DNA of 64,000 nucleotides from an uncultured Bifidobacterium sp. (GTDB taxonomy: Bacteria; Acidobacteriota; Vicinamibacteria; Vicinamibacterales; CAVVIG01), in assembly GCA_964577955.1 (NCBI GenBank), contig CAZOAZ010000023.1, positions 8,005 through 72,004 of the forward strand, given 5' to 3'. The notes under the pieces are model-generated. The model saw only the letters and a program-made list of their open reading frames with translations. It had not been told where the DNA came from and searched no databases. Both the position numbers and the translations under genes were made by a program. Positions within the stretch are counted from its first letter, which is position 1. Each line of letters begins with the position of its first letter. Below, in pieces: positions 43,511 through 52,547 of the stretch.

Positions 43511-44511
43511 TCCTGAATCAGCCGTCGAAGTTCGTCGACACTCAGCCAGCGCTCGTTGGTATCGCTGCTGAAGCGGAAGCCATCGGGCACGGGCCGTCCC
43601 TCGTGCCAGTTGTCGGCCCGCCACCACGGATGGAGCGGTTTGATCAGATAGAGGTCGTCGAGCTCCAGCGCATGACGCGACTCATCCTCGGACACCAGCA
43701 CTTCATGCACCTTCTCGCCCGGCCGGATGCCGGTCAGCTTCACCTGGCAGCCCGGCGCGACCGCCGAGACGAGATCCATGATCCGCATGCTCGGAATCTT
43801 CGGCACGAACACTTCCCCGCCCTGCATCACGTCCAGGCAGCGAAGCACGAAGTCGACGCCCTGCTGCAGCGTGATCCAGAAGCGCGTCATGCGATCGTCG
43901 GTCACCGTCACCGTACCGGTCGCGCGCTGCTCGACGAACAGCGGAATCACGCTGCCGCGGCTGCCGACGACGTTGCCGTAGCGGGCGCAGCTGAATTTCG
44001 TGCCGGCTTCCCCCGAGTAGGCATTGCCCTGCACGAACAGCTTCTCGGCGCACAGCTTCGTCGCGCCGTACAGGTTCACCGGGTTGACGGCCTTGTCGGT
44101 GCTGAGCGCGAGCACGTGGCCGACGCCGGCGTCGATCGCCGCGTCGATCACGTTCGAGCCGCCGACGATATTGGTCTTCACCGCCTCGAACGGGTTGTAC
44201 TCGCAGGCCGGCACCTGCTTCAGCGCGGCGGCGTGGATGACGACGTCCACGCCGCTCATCGCCCGGCGCAGCCGATCCAGATCGCGGACGTCGCCGATGA
44301 AGTAGCGGACCTTCTTGCCGCCGAACTCGCGGAACATTTCCGACTGTTTGAGTTCATCGCGGCTGAAGACGATCACCTTGCGCGGTTCGTAGCGCTTCAG
44401 CACGGTGTCGACGAAACGGCGCCCGAATGACCCGGTGCCGCCGGTCACGAGGACGACCTTGTTGGTGAGCGTCATGGCTGTGGATGTCACGGAATCCTTT
44501 TCTCGGCGCAC
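43507..44511 (-). CDS. pseB: UDP-N-acetylglucosamine 4,6-dehydratase (inverting), PseB/FlaA1 type
   Basis: Motifs VVLVTGGTGSFG and STDKAVNPVNLYGATK. The maximal ORF uses the GTG at 44511. Alternative starts are the GTG at 44490 (AAGGA 4 nt upstream) and the ATG at 44475. Confidence 0.88.
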   Translation of the reverse strand: MRREKDSVTSTAMTLTNKVVLVTGGTGSFGRRFVDTVLKRYEPRKVIVFSRDELKQSEMFREFGGKKVRYFIGDVRDLDRLRRAMSGVDVVIHAAALKQVPACEYNPFEAVKTNIVGGSNVIDAAIDAGVGHVLALSTDKAVNPVNLYGATKLCAEKLFVQGNAYSGEAGTKFSCARYGNVVGSRGSVIPLFVEQRATGTVTVTDDRMTRFWITLQQGVDFVLRCLDVMQGGEVFVPKIPSMRIMDLVSAVAPGCQVKLTGIRPGEKVHEVLVSEDESRHALELDDLYLIKPLHPWWRADNWHEGRPVPDGFRFSSDTNERWLSVDELRRLIQE

Positions 44512-44519
44512 GGACCCGC

Positions 44520-46184
44520 CTACGACGACAAGCGAGCCACCAGTTGCCGGCTGCCGTAGCAGTCGGCCGAAGATTGTCCGGCGGTCAGCGCGGCCGGAAT
44601 GGGAAAAGTTTCCGCCGTGGCGACGGCGGACACGTCCCGCAAGTCGTACAGATAGGCGGACGCCTCGGCGCTCGACCCATCAGGCGTTCCCGGACGGGCG
44701 ATCCGCGTCGCCTGACCGCGGACGCCGACCACGTCGAGATAGGCCAGGATCAGGTCGCGCTCGGTCTTGGCGGCGTGCGTGAACAGCACCCAGACGGAGC
44801 GGCCGCGCAGCTGATCGATCTCCCGCAGATAGTCGCGGACGTTGTCGCGCGCGCACGCACCCAGCGTCGCTCCGGCGTCGCGCAGCCCGTAGCGGGGAGC
44901 GTAGTACCCAAAGGCCGCCCGTCCGCCGTAATAGACATACAGCGACTGGGACGGCTCGCGATGAGCCGTCACAAATTGCAGCAGCGACTTCATGTCCTCG
45001 CTGCCACGCTCGAGCGACGCCTGGGTTGCCGCGTACAAGGCCAGCGACACCGCCGCGATCATCGGCACCGCACCTGCCCAGCGCGGCATCGCGCGGGCCA
45101 GCGCGTCGACACCTTCAGCAATCACCGGAAACAGCAGCACGAGATAGAACAGCTGAACGCGGCCCGACGCCAGCGGAAACCGTCCGGCGGCGGAGGCGAT
45201 GACGACCGCGGCGAACGGTGCCAGCAGCAGCGCCATCCGCATCCCGCGGCGGGACCAGACGAACGACCAGGCCCCAATGGCCAGAAGCGCGATCCAGAAC
45301 ACCGTCAGGCGGTAGCCGGCCGTGAAGCCAAACATGTCCTTCACCCGCCTCCAGAACCAGACGACGGGTTCGCCGTTCGACCATGGGACGAAGCTGCCGC
45401 GCCAGAAAGTGTAGAGATAGTCGGCGCCTTCGGGCCCCTGACGCGCCGTCGCCAGCTGCCAGCCGGCCACCGCGCTCGCGGTCCAGATTGCCGCCGCCGT
45501 CAGCGCGAGGCGCCGGGCTTCACTGCGTCGCATCAGCGCGTAACCCGCGAGGACCACAGCCGCCGCGGCCAGGACGAGCACGGCAGAGGATGAGAACAGC
45601 GCACAAAGCGCCGCGGACAGAATCAGTCCACCAGCCGTGGGATCCGTCTTGAGCCGAGCCGTATCGGTGTCGTCAGGCTTCAGCCGAACTCCGGTGGCGT
45701 CCGGCTTCAGCCGGATTTCAGAGATCTCGATCGCGACCCACGCAATCCACAGCGAGATCAGCACGTCCAGGCTGTACGGCCTGGCCTGCGCGGCCGCTTC
45801 GACGAACGACACGTTGATCGCGAACAGCAGCAGCGCGACGAGCGCCGCAGCACGCGACAGCGTCCGCTCAGCGAGGCGCCAGAACAGAATGACCGACAGC
45901 ACGCCGGCCGCCAGAGGCACCAATCGAAGCGCGCGCTCGCTGGCACCGAACACCAGCGTCGCCGCCTTCTCGAGCACGAGAAATCCGCCCGGCACCGCCT
46001 GCAACGAGCTGGTGCCGCCGCGCACGATGTCGCCGAACGACTGGGTCAGGACGTTTTCCGCCAGCCGCGCTTCGTCGTAGGTCAGCGAGCAGTCCTGGAA
46101 ATACAGGGCGAGGCGCAGCAGCACGCCCGCGGCGATGATCCCGGCCAGCAGCGGCCACCGAAGCAGCTCGCGCGGACTAGTCAT
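44520..46184 (-). CDS. GT-C type membrane glycosyltransferase (ArnT/GT39-like) carrying an in-frame repeat insertion
   Basis: 554 aa and polytopic. First-loop motif SLTYDEARLAENV. The loop sequence RLKPDATGVRLKPDDTDTARLKTDPT is encoded by the repeat at 45643-45717. Confidence 0.65.
   Translation of the reverse strand: MTSPRELLRWPLLAGIIAAGVLLRLALYFQDCSLTYDEARLAENVLTQSFGDIVRGGTSSLQAVPGGFLVLEKAATLVFGASERALRLVPLAAGVLSVILFWRLAERTLSRAAALVALLLFAINVSFVEAAAQARPYSLDVLISLWIAWVAIEISEIRLKPDATGVRLKPDDTDTARLKTDPTAGGLILSAALCALFSSSAVLVLAAAAVVLAGYALMRRSEARRLALTAAAIWTASAVAGWQLATARQGPEGADYLYTFWRGSFVPWSNGEPVVWFWRRVKDMFGFTAGYRLTVFWIALLAIGAWSFVWSRRGMRMALLLAPFAAVVIASAAGRFPLASGRVQLFYLVLLFPVIAEGVDALARAMPRWAGAVPMIAAVSLALYAATQASLERGSEDMKSLLQFVTAHREPSQSLYVYYGGRAAFGYYAPRYGLRDAGATLGACARDNVRDYLREIDQLRGRSVWVLFTHAAKTERDLILAYLDVVGVRGQATRIARPGTPDGSSAEASAYLYDLRDVSAVATAETFPIPAALTAGQSSADCYGSRQLVARLSS
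45643..45717. repeat. Three tandem, progressively degenerate copies of a REP-like palindromic element inside a CDS
   Basis: The copies are tccgtcttgagccgag (45643-45658), tcaggcttcagccgaa (45673-45688) and tccggcttcagccgga (45700-15, a perfect 6-bp stem with a ttca loop). They are translated as RLK(P/T)D x3. Confidence 0.6.
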
Positions 46185-46911
46185 CGTCCGCCTCGAGGTG
46201 GAGCGCCGCCTTCAGTTCGTGCCACACACGCCGACCCGGCATTTGCAGCTCGGCGCGGAGCGGATGCGGAACCGCCGGCGTCGGCAGCCGCTTCATCAGT
46301 TCACCGTAGGGCGTGCCGTTCATGTCCAGCGTGCGAATCGTCTCCGGCACCAGCCGCGGATCCGCGCGCACGTCGTCGAGCGTGGCGAGCCGGCCGTCCG
46401 GGTGTCGATAGACGACGTTTCCAGCCACGTCGAAGAGGCACCAGCGGCCGCCGATCTGGACAAAGCTCAGGATCAGTCCACCTTCATTCGGGGCTGGCTT
46501 GAGCGGCAGCCAGAACGCCGGGACGCCCGCATACGTCGTCAGCGTCGCGAACACGTCAGCCTGCTGATCCGCCACGCCATGGCCGCGCTCGATGATGCTC
46601 AGGATGTGATCGTCAAGCACCGGCACACCGTCCGGCGTCGGCTTGACGTGCGCGCGGGTCCACGCAAAGGCCGCGACCGCGCGCGCTTCGGGATCGCTTG
46701 TCCCCGCGACCGCTTCGTTGGCCAGCTGCTGATAGCGGCGCGATCGTTCGACGAAGTCAAGCGCCTTCCGGTAGAGCGGCAGCCGGTGTTCCGACACCGC
46801 GTAGTTGACGCCCTGGCGTGTCGTCACCGGGTAGGCGCCGACGAGCACGGTGAGCGTCAAGCCGGCGGCCAGCGCACCGATGGTCTTCACGCGCCAGCCG
46901 CGCCAGGTCAC
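46177..46911 (-). CDS. Membrane-anchored protein with a transglutaminase-like core lacking the catalytic Cys/His (tentative)
   Basis: 244 aa with an N-terminal TM helix IGALAAGLTLTVLVGAY. GHGVADQQADVFATLTTYAGVPAFW aligns with the G.G.C..FA.LF..L.RA.GIPAR motif (Cys to Ala). SFVQIGGRWCLFDVAG aligns with H.W.EV...G.W..FD (His to Ser). Confidence 0.35.
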   Translation of the reverse strand: MTWRGWRVKTIGALAAGLTLTVLVGAYPVTTRQGVNYAVSEHRLPLYRKALDFVERSRRYQQLANEAVAGTSDPEARAVAAFAWTRAHVKPTPDGVPVLDDHILSIIERGHGVADQQADVFATLTTYAGVPAFWLPLKPAPNEGGLILSFVQIGGRWCLFDVAGNVVYRHPDGRLATLDDVRADPRLVPETIRTLDMNGTPYGELMKRLPTPAVPHPLRAELQMPGRRVWHELKAALHLEADDD

Positions 46912-47876
46912 TTCGCGCCGTCTCCAATCCAGCCGTAACGCGGGTGGACCTGGATGTCGTGCAGCCCCACCGACTCGAGCAGCGATCGCACTTCGGCCTC
47001 GCTATACCGCTTCTCGAGCGGCGCCGAAAACCGATCGAACTGATCGTTGTAGAGGACGTTGAACGGGTACTTGGCGTAGACGTAGAGCGGCCACGAGTCG
47101 TCGCCCTGGACACCGAGCGCCGTCACCAGCCGGTACGGCGTGATCACGAAGACCAGGAGCACGACGCTCAGCAGCCAGCAGAAGGCCTTCAGGATCGGGA
47201 ACGGCAACCGCGTCGTGATGACGCGGGCCAGCGACACCAGCGACAGCAGCGCGCCACTCAGGCCGTCGCGCTTCCAATAGAGATACAGCCGCAGCCGTCC
47301 GCCCGGCTTGACCTTCTTCACCAGACCGCGCAGTGTGCCGACCGTGTCGTCGATGTGATGCAGGACGCCCATCGAGTAGACGAAGTCGAACGCTTCGTCG
47401 GCGACGGGAAGCTTCGTCAGATCCCCTTCGACGCAGTGGACGTTCGGCTGATCGGCGGCGTTCTTCGCCGCCGCATCGATCGCTCCCGAAAAATCCACCG
47501 CGACGACGGTCTTCGCGTACGGCGCGATCTGGCGGGCGTGACGCCCCATGCCGCACCCGGCGTCGAGCACCGTGCGCCCGCGCAACCAGTCGAGATCGAA
47601 GTGACCGAAGTAGTCGGCAAAATTCGTCAGACCCGAAGGCCGCCAATCCTTGAAGTGCGTCCACTCGTAGCCGAAGCTCGCCTGCGTCCGCCGCGCCGTG
47701 TCGTCCGCCGCGTTGAAGTTCTGCCCTTGCACGAACCGCGGCACGCCGTTGCGGACCGCGGTCTGACGGCCGCAGCCGGTGCAACTCAGCGACTCGTCAG
47801 CCGCCGAGCCCGTGCGCCGCAGCGCGGCGCCGCACGCCGGACAGCGGAGCAACTGCATCAGTCGATCGTCGGTCAT
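46908..47876 (-). CDS. SAM-dependent methyltransferase with N-terminal Trm112-like zinc ribbon and C-terminal TM segment
   Basis: Zinc ribbon LLRCPACGAAL..LSCTGCG. MT motifs VLDAGCGMGRH and FDFVYSMGVLHHI..KPGGRL. Hydrophobic tail FCWLLSVVLLVFVITPY. Confidence 0.75.
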   Translation of the reverse strand: MTDDRLMQLLRCPACGAALRRTGSAADESLSCTGCGRQTAVRNGVPRFVQGQNFNAADDTARRTQASFGYEWTHFKDWRPSGLTNFADYFGHFDLDWLRGRTVLDAGCGMGRHARQIAPYAKTVVAVDFSGAIDAAAKNAADQPNVHCVEGDLTKLPVADEAFDFVYSMGVLHHIDDTVGTLRGLVKKVKPGGRLRLYLYWKRDGLSGALLSLVSLARVITTRLPFPILKAFCWLLSVVLLVFVITPYRLVTALGVQGDDSWPLYVYAKYPFNVLYNDQFDRFSAPLEKRYSEAEVRSLLESVGLHDIQVHPRYGWIGDGAK

Positions 47877-48953
47877 CTACTTCAGTCCCAGCACGCCGCG
47901 CAGCGCCGCCTGGCGCTCGGTCGCCCAGGCCAGCGGCCACGTCATATGGGTACGAATGAGGAGCGTGGCGACGGCGTAGGTGACCTGCTCGACCGGACCC
48001 GTGCGGTACTGCTTCATCTGCGCCAGCGCGTGGTCGAACTGCGCCGGCGTCAGCCGGTAGTCCATGATCTCGAAGAGCGTGCGATCGCCGTGCTTGGGCG
48101 TCCGCCGCTTGCGGAAGTGCAGGCCGACTTCGTACGTCAGCGCCCAGAACAGATAGCGGGCGATGCTGGTCCGCCACCGCGCCACCCGCTCGCCCTCGCC
48201 GGGATGACGCCGCAGATAGTCGTCGCAGTAGCCGCCAAGATTTTTCTGATAGTCCACCGCGATCGACTCGATCGTGCGGGCGCTGTGCGACACGCTGTTC
48301 TGCCGCCAGCTCCAGAGCCGCTCGCGGATGTGGCCGACGTCGCTCCGCTCCGCGACCTGGAACCACAACGGAAAGTCGCCGAATCCAATGGGCGCGTCGA
48401 GGCCGAAGCGCGCATCGGCCAGCGCCGAACGCCGGACCATCGCGCCAGGAATACCGATCGACGTCCGCCCGGTGCGCATCGTCTGGCCGATGTAGTCGTA
48501 CCCCGGCATCACCGCGGGCACGGCATGATCGCGAACGCCGATCCGCCTGTCGTCGTCGTCGAGGAGATCCCAGTCCGATGACACCACGCCGACGTTCGGA
48601 TGCGCGTCCAGGAAGGCGACGTAGCGGCTGACGATATGGCGATCGCGTTCGTCGTGGTCGTGGCAGATGCAGAAGAACTCGCCACGCGCCTGGTCCATGC
48701 AGAAGTTGTGGTTGCCGTGGAGTCCGATGTTCTTCGGGTGGCGAACGTAGCGGACGCGCGGGTCCCTGGCTGCGATCTCGCGACAGACCGATTCGGTGTC
48801 GTCCTCGGAGGCGTTGTCGCTGATCAGAATCTCGAGCGGCGCGTAATCCTGCGCGAGGATGCTCGCGATCCCCTTTCGGAGGCTCGCACCTCGATTACGC
48901 GTCGGAATGCCGATCGACACGAGTCGCGGCACGCTGGAAAGCGTCGTGGTCAC
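47877..48953 (-). CDS. Glycosyltransferase family 2
   Basis: [45 protein letters not shown] start with GTGA overlap. Confidence 0.82.
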   Translation of the reverse strand: MTTTLSSVPRLVSIGIPTRNRGASLRKGIASILAQDYAPLEILISDNASEDDTESVCREIAARDPRVRYVRHPKNIGLHGNHNFCMDQARGEFFCICHDHDERDRHIVSRYVAFLDAHPNVGVVSSDWDLLDDDDRRIGVRDHAVPAVMPGYDYIGQTMRTGRTSIGIPGAMVRRSALADARFGLDAPIGFGDFPLWFQVAERSDVGHIRERLWSWRQNSVSHSARTIESIAVDYQKNLGGYCDDYLRRHPGEGERVARWRTSIARYLFWALTYEVGLHFRKRRTPKHGDRTLFEIMDYRLTPAQFDHALAQMKQYRTGPVEQVTYAVATLLIRTHMTWPLAWATERQAALRGVLGLK

Positions 48954-49948
48954 CGGTTCGCAGTGCTGGCGAGGCGGTCGAAGTAGTCGCGATACCAGGC
49001 GATCGTTTCGACCAGCCCTTCACGCAGCGTGTAGCTCGATTTCCAGCCCAGCTCGGTTCTCGCCTTCTCGGCGCTCAGATACTGGTGCGGGATTTCGTTG
49101 GGTGCGTCGGCCTGAATGATCGGCTTGAGATCCGAACGTCCGGTCAGTTCCGTCAGGAGCGACACCAGATCCAGAACCGTGAGCTGAATCTCGTTGCTGA
49201 AGTTGTAGGCCTCGCCGCCGGCCTGGCCGGCGAGCAGTTTCTCGGCGAGGAGGACGTACGCGTAAACCGCGTCCTTGATGTAGAAGTAGTCGCGGATCAG
49301 CGTGCCGTCGCTCCTGATGATCGGCCGCTGGCCGTCGAAGAGCGACCTGATGGTGCCCGGCACGATGCGGTTGAAATTCAGATCGCCGCCGCCGTAGAAG
49401 TTGCCGCAGCGCGTGATGCCGACCGGCAGACGGTAGCTTTCCCAGTAGGCCTGGCCGATGAGGTCGGCGCAGCTCTTCGACACGTCATACGGATGCCGGC
49501 CGACCAGCGGCGCGGTTTCGCGATACGGCAGCGTCTTGTGCGTGCCGTAGGCCTTGTCGCTCGACGCCAGCACGATCGACTTGACCCGTTTCGTCCGGCG
49601 GCAGGCCTCGAGCACGTTCCAGGTGCCGGTGATGTTCGCCGTGAAGGTCGAGACCGGGTTCTCGTTGGCGATGCCGACGATCGTCTGTGCCGCGAGGTTG
49701 AAGACGACTTCGATCTCGTATTCGTTGATCGTCCGTTCGACGAGCGCGGCGTCCTCGAGCGATCCGCGAACCGTCGTCACCTTGTCGGCCAGGCCAAGGC
49801 GATAGAAGTTGCTGCCCGGCACGCTGTCGCGCACCAGGCCGACGACGTCAGCGCCCTGCCGCACCAGCCAGTCGGTCAGCCACGCCCCGAGCAACCCGGT
49901 ACACCCCGTCACGAAGACCCGCCGCCGCCGCCAGATGTCGGATGTCAT
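48950..49948 (-). CDS. rfbG: NAD-dependent sugar-nucleotide 4,6-dehydratase, CDP-glucose 4,6-dehydratase-like
   Basis: 332 aa. [23 protein letters not shown] (RfbG-like opening), SSDKAYG and YDVSK (YxxxK). Confidence 0.6.
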   Translation of the reverse strand: MTSDIWRRRRVFVTGCTGLLGAWLTDWLVRQGADVVGLVRDSVPGSNFYRLGLADKVTTVRGSLEDAALVERTINEYEIEVVFNLAAQTIVGIANENPVSTFTANITGTWNVLEACRRTKRVKSIVLASSDKAYGTHKTLPYRETAPLVGRHPYDVSKSCADLIGQAYWESYRLPVGITRCGNFYGGGDLNFNRIVPGTIRSLFDGQRPIIRSDGTLIRDYFYIKDAVYAYVLLAEKLLAGQAGGEAYNFSNEIQLTVLDLVSLLTELTGRSDLKPIIQADAPNEIPHQYLSAEKARTELGWKSSYTLREGLVETIAWYRDYFDRLASTANR

Positions 49949-49988
49949 CAGCCTCTCTGCTCTCGTTGGTTGAAGGAAGACACGCCGG

Positions 49989-51146
49989 TCACTGCCTGAC
50001 CTGCGCGTCCTGATTGCCGTTGAACCACGCCCGCCTGGTCAGATCGGCCGCGAGCTGGATGCCGTCGCGGCTCCAGTGCGTGTCGTCCAGCCAGTAGATG
50101 AACTCGCCGCGCGAGAGGTCCCGGGCCGCAAGCTCCTGAAACGGCACCGTGACGTCAATCGTCGGAATGCCTTCGGCGACGAGCGCGTCCTGCAGCCGCG
50201 CCAGCACGTGCCGGTCGTCGCCCGGCGAGCGCGGCTCGTCGGCCAGCAGCGGGTAGTAGACCGTGTACTTGCTCGGCGCCAGCACCAGCACCGGCTCGTA
50301 GCCTTCCTTCCGCAACTCCGCTACGAGCGGCACGATGAAATCGCGGGCCGGCGCGATCTCGCGGTGGGAGTGAAAACCGTCGACATCCGACGGATAGAAC
50401 AACATCGTCTCGCCGGTCCGGAGATGGCGCTCGACGACGCGGTCCTTGTAGATATTGGGCAGGACGCGATCGTTGGCGAGCGTCAGAAACGCCTTTTCGG
50501 ACACGATCTTGAGCGGCGACGTGTACCACCAGCCGCGCAGCAGCGAACGCACGCGGTCGGCCTGACCGCCAATCACGGTCGCCAGCCACTGCTCGCGGCG
50601 GTCCTTCCCGTCAGCGGCGGCGCTTGCCGCCCGCAGTTGTTCGACCGGCTCGGACTCGGTCCACACGATGATCACGCGGCCAGATGAAAAGCCCAGGCGT
50701 TCGCGCAGCAATCGCACCGTCTGCAGGTACGCATACGGCCCGCCGGCGTTGTAGATTCGCCCGCCGGTCAGCGCGCTCAACTGCACCGGAAACGTGTCTG
50801 CATCGGTGACGCCGTAGCCGACCACGAACGAATCTCCGACGACCACGACGTCCGGACGAACGCGATCCGCGCCCGGCGGATTCCGGAAGCCGTTCGCGTC
50901 GGTCGTAAACACCTGCGGACGAATCTGTCGCAACGCCGGCAGATTGCCCATGTTCGACAGATTGCCGTGCGTTCGCTCGCTCTCGAATCGACGATTCGCC
51001 TGAAAGATCGCGCCGGGTTCCTGGTAGCGGGTCATGCACTCCCAGGCCTGAAAACAGAGCCGGTCGATCGGCAGGAACCGTGCACCGATATCGACGACGA
51101 GGAGTCCTGCGATGAGCAGCGGCAGCAAACGTCCCAGGCGAGGCAC
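49989..51146 (-). CDS. AlgX/AlgJ-like SGNH-fold polysaccharide O-acetyltransferase partner
   Basis: N-terminal signal/anchor [12 protein letters not shown], plus [11 protein letters not shown] (GDS) and [11 protein letters not shown] (DxxH). Sits directly downstream of an MBOAT gene. GTG start. Confidence 0.65.
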   Translation of the reverse strand: MPRLGRLLPLLIAGLLVVDIGARFLPIDRLCFQAWECMTRYQEPGAIFQANRRFESERTHGNLSNMGNLPALRQIRPQVFTTDANGFRNPPGADRVRPDVVVVGDSFVVGYGVTDADTFPVQLSALTGGRIYNAGGPYAYLQTVRLLRERLGFSSGRVIIVWTESEPVEQLRAASAAADGKDRREQWLATVIGGQADRVRSLLRGWWYTSPLKIVSEKAFLTLANDRVLPNIYKDRVVERHLRTGETMLFYPSDVDGFHSHREIAPARDFIVPLVAELRKEGYEPVLVLAPSKYTVYYPLLADEPRSPGDDRHVLARLQDALVAEGIPTIDVTVPFQELAARDLSRGEFIYWLDDTHWSRDGIQLAADLTRRAWFNGNQDAQVRQ

Positions 51147-51158
51147 CGATACAGACTC

Positions 51159-52547
51159 TTAGAACTGGAAATAAAGAAACGGCGACGGCTGCGCGCCGTA
51201 GATCGCCACCATCGAGACCAGAAACAACAGCGCGAGCGCCGCGGTCGCCCCGCCGCCCCATTCGTGCTTCAGCTCGAACGAATTCGGGCCGACGTGCGAC
51301 AGCCAGCCGGCGACGAGCAGCATCACGACGAGACCGACGCCGGCGGTCATCGAGAAGCCCGGCTGGAAGACGAACATCTTTCGGAACATCGCGCCGGCCA
51401 TTTCGACCGACTGCGCACGGAACACCACCCAACCGAGCAGGACCAGAAGGAACGTCGCCGTTCCGCGAATCAGCGCCGGCACGCGGTCCCACGTACGGCC
51501 CAGGGCGCCGTAAATCGCCATCAGAATGCCGTGATAGATCCCCCAGATCACGAACGTCCAGGCCGCGCCATGCCACAACCCGCCGAGCGCCATCGTCAGC
51601 ACGAGATTGCGGGCGCGCTGCCAGCTGGTGCCGAAGACGCCGCCCATCGGCTGGAACAGGTAGTCGCGCAGCCATGACGACAGCGACATGTGCCACCGCC
51701 GCCAGAATTCCGGAATGCTCTTCGACTTGTACGGCGAGCTGAAGTTCTGCGGGATCCGGATGCCGAAGAGATATCCGAGACCGACCGCCATGTCGCTGTA
51801 ACCGGCGAAGTCGAAATAGAGCTGGTACGAATAGCCCAGCATGCAGAGCCAGGCCTCGAACGTCGACAGCTGGTCGTAACGCTGGAGCGCCGGGTTGATG
51901 ATCGCGGCGATCGTGTCGGCGATGAGCACCTTCTCGATCATGCCGATCGCGAAGAACGACCAGCCGCGATTCAAGTACTGGCGGCGGTCCGCTCGATCGA
52001 TCTGCTCGAGATCCTGCTCGATCTGCCGGAAGCGGACGATTGGACCGGCCACGAGCTGCGAGAACAACGACACGTAGGTGGCGTACTCCCAGAAGTTCCG
52101 CGTCGGCGTGATCGTCCCGCGATAGGCGTCGACGATGTAGGAGATCGAGTGGAAGGTGTAGAACGAGATGCCGACCGGAAGAATGATGTTGAGCGGCGCG
52201 ATGTGGATGTCGGCGCCGGTCCAGCGGCCGATCGTGACGAGCGACGACAGCCCGAAGTCGGCGTACTTGAAGAACGCCAGCACGGCAAGATCGCTGGCAA
52301 TCGAAATGACGAGACACAGCTTGCGGCGGCGCTCGTCGTTCCAGCGCAGCAGTCCCAGGCCGGCGACGTAGCTGACGATCGTCGAAAACGCGAGCAGCGC
52401 GCAGAATTTGTAGTTCCAGAAGCTGTAGAAGACGAAGCCGGTCGCCGTCAGCCAGACGTAGCGCTGGCGCTGCGTCTGCAGCCGCCAGAACACCAGGTAG
52501 GTGATCGGCAGGAAGGCGTAGAGAAAGATCAGGCTATTGAACAGCAT
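51159..52547 (-). CDS. MBOAT-family membrane O-acyltransferase (AlgI/DltB-like)
   Basis: The start is taken at MLFNSLIFLYAFLPI (ATG 52547). Conserved His motif FWRRWHMSLSSWLRDYLFQPMGG. Confidence 0.88.
   Translation of the reverse strand: MLFNSLIFLYAFLPITYLVFWRLQTQRQRYVWLTATGFVFYSFWNYKFCALLAFSTIVSYVAGLGLLRWNDERRRKLCLVISIASDLAVLAFFKYADFGLSSLVTIGRWTGADIHIAPLNIILPVGISFYTFHSISYIVDAYRGTITPTRNFWEYATYVSLFSQLVAGPIVRFRQIEQDLEQIDRADRRQYLNRGWSFFAIGMIEKVLIADTIAAIINPALQRYDQLSTFEAWLCMLGYSYQLYFDFAGYSDMAVGLGYLFGIRIPQNFSSPYKSKSIPEFWRRWHMSLSSWLRDYLFQPMGGVFGTSWQRARNLVLTMALGGLWHGAAWTFVIWGIYHGILMAIYGALGRTWDRVPALIRGTATFLLVLLGWVVFRAQSVEMAGAMFRKMFVFQPGFSMTAGVGLVVMLLVAGWLSHVGPNSFELKHEWGGGATAALALLFLVSMVAIYGAQPSPFLYFQF

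Noticed and set aside
23232-44511. Interpreting the locus as a Campylobacter-style flagellin O-glycosylation island (pse genes, Maf-like gene, FabH/ACP).
   Set aside because: No flagellin or flagellar genes are in the window, and the locus carries a Wzx-like flippase, an ABC exporter, 13 GTs and GT-C proteins typical of polysaccharide assembly. Protein glycosylation remains only an alternative hypothesis.
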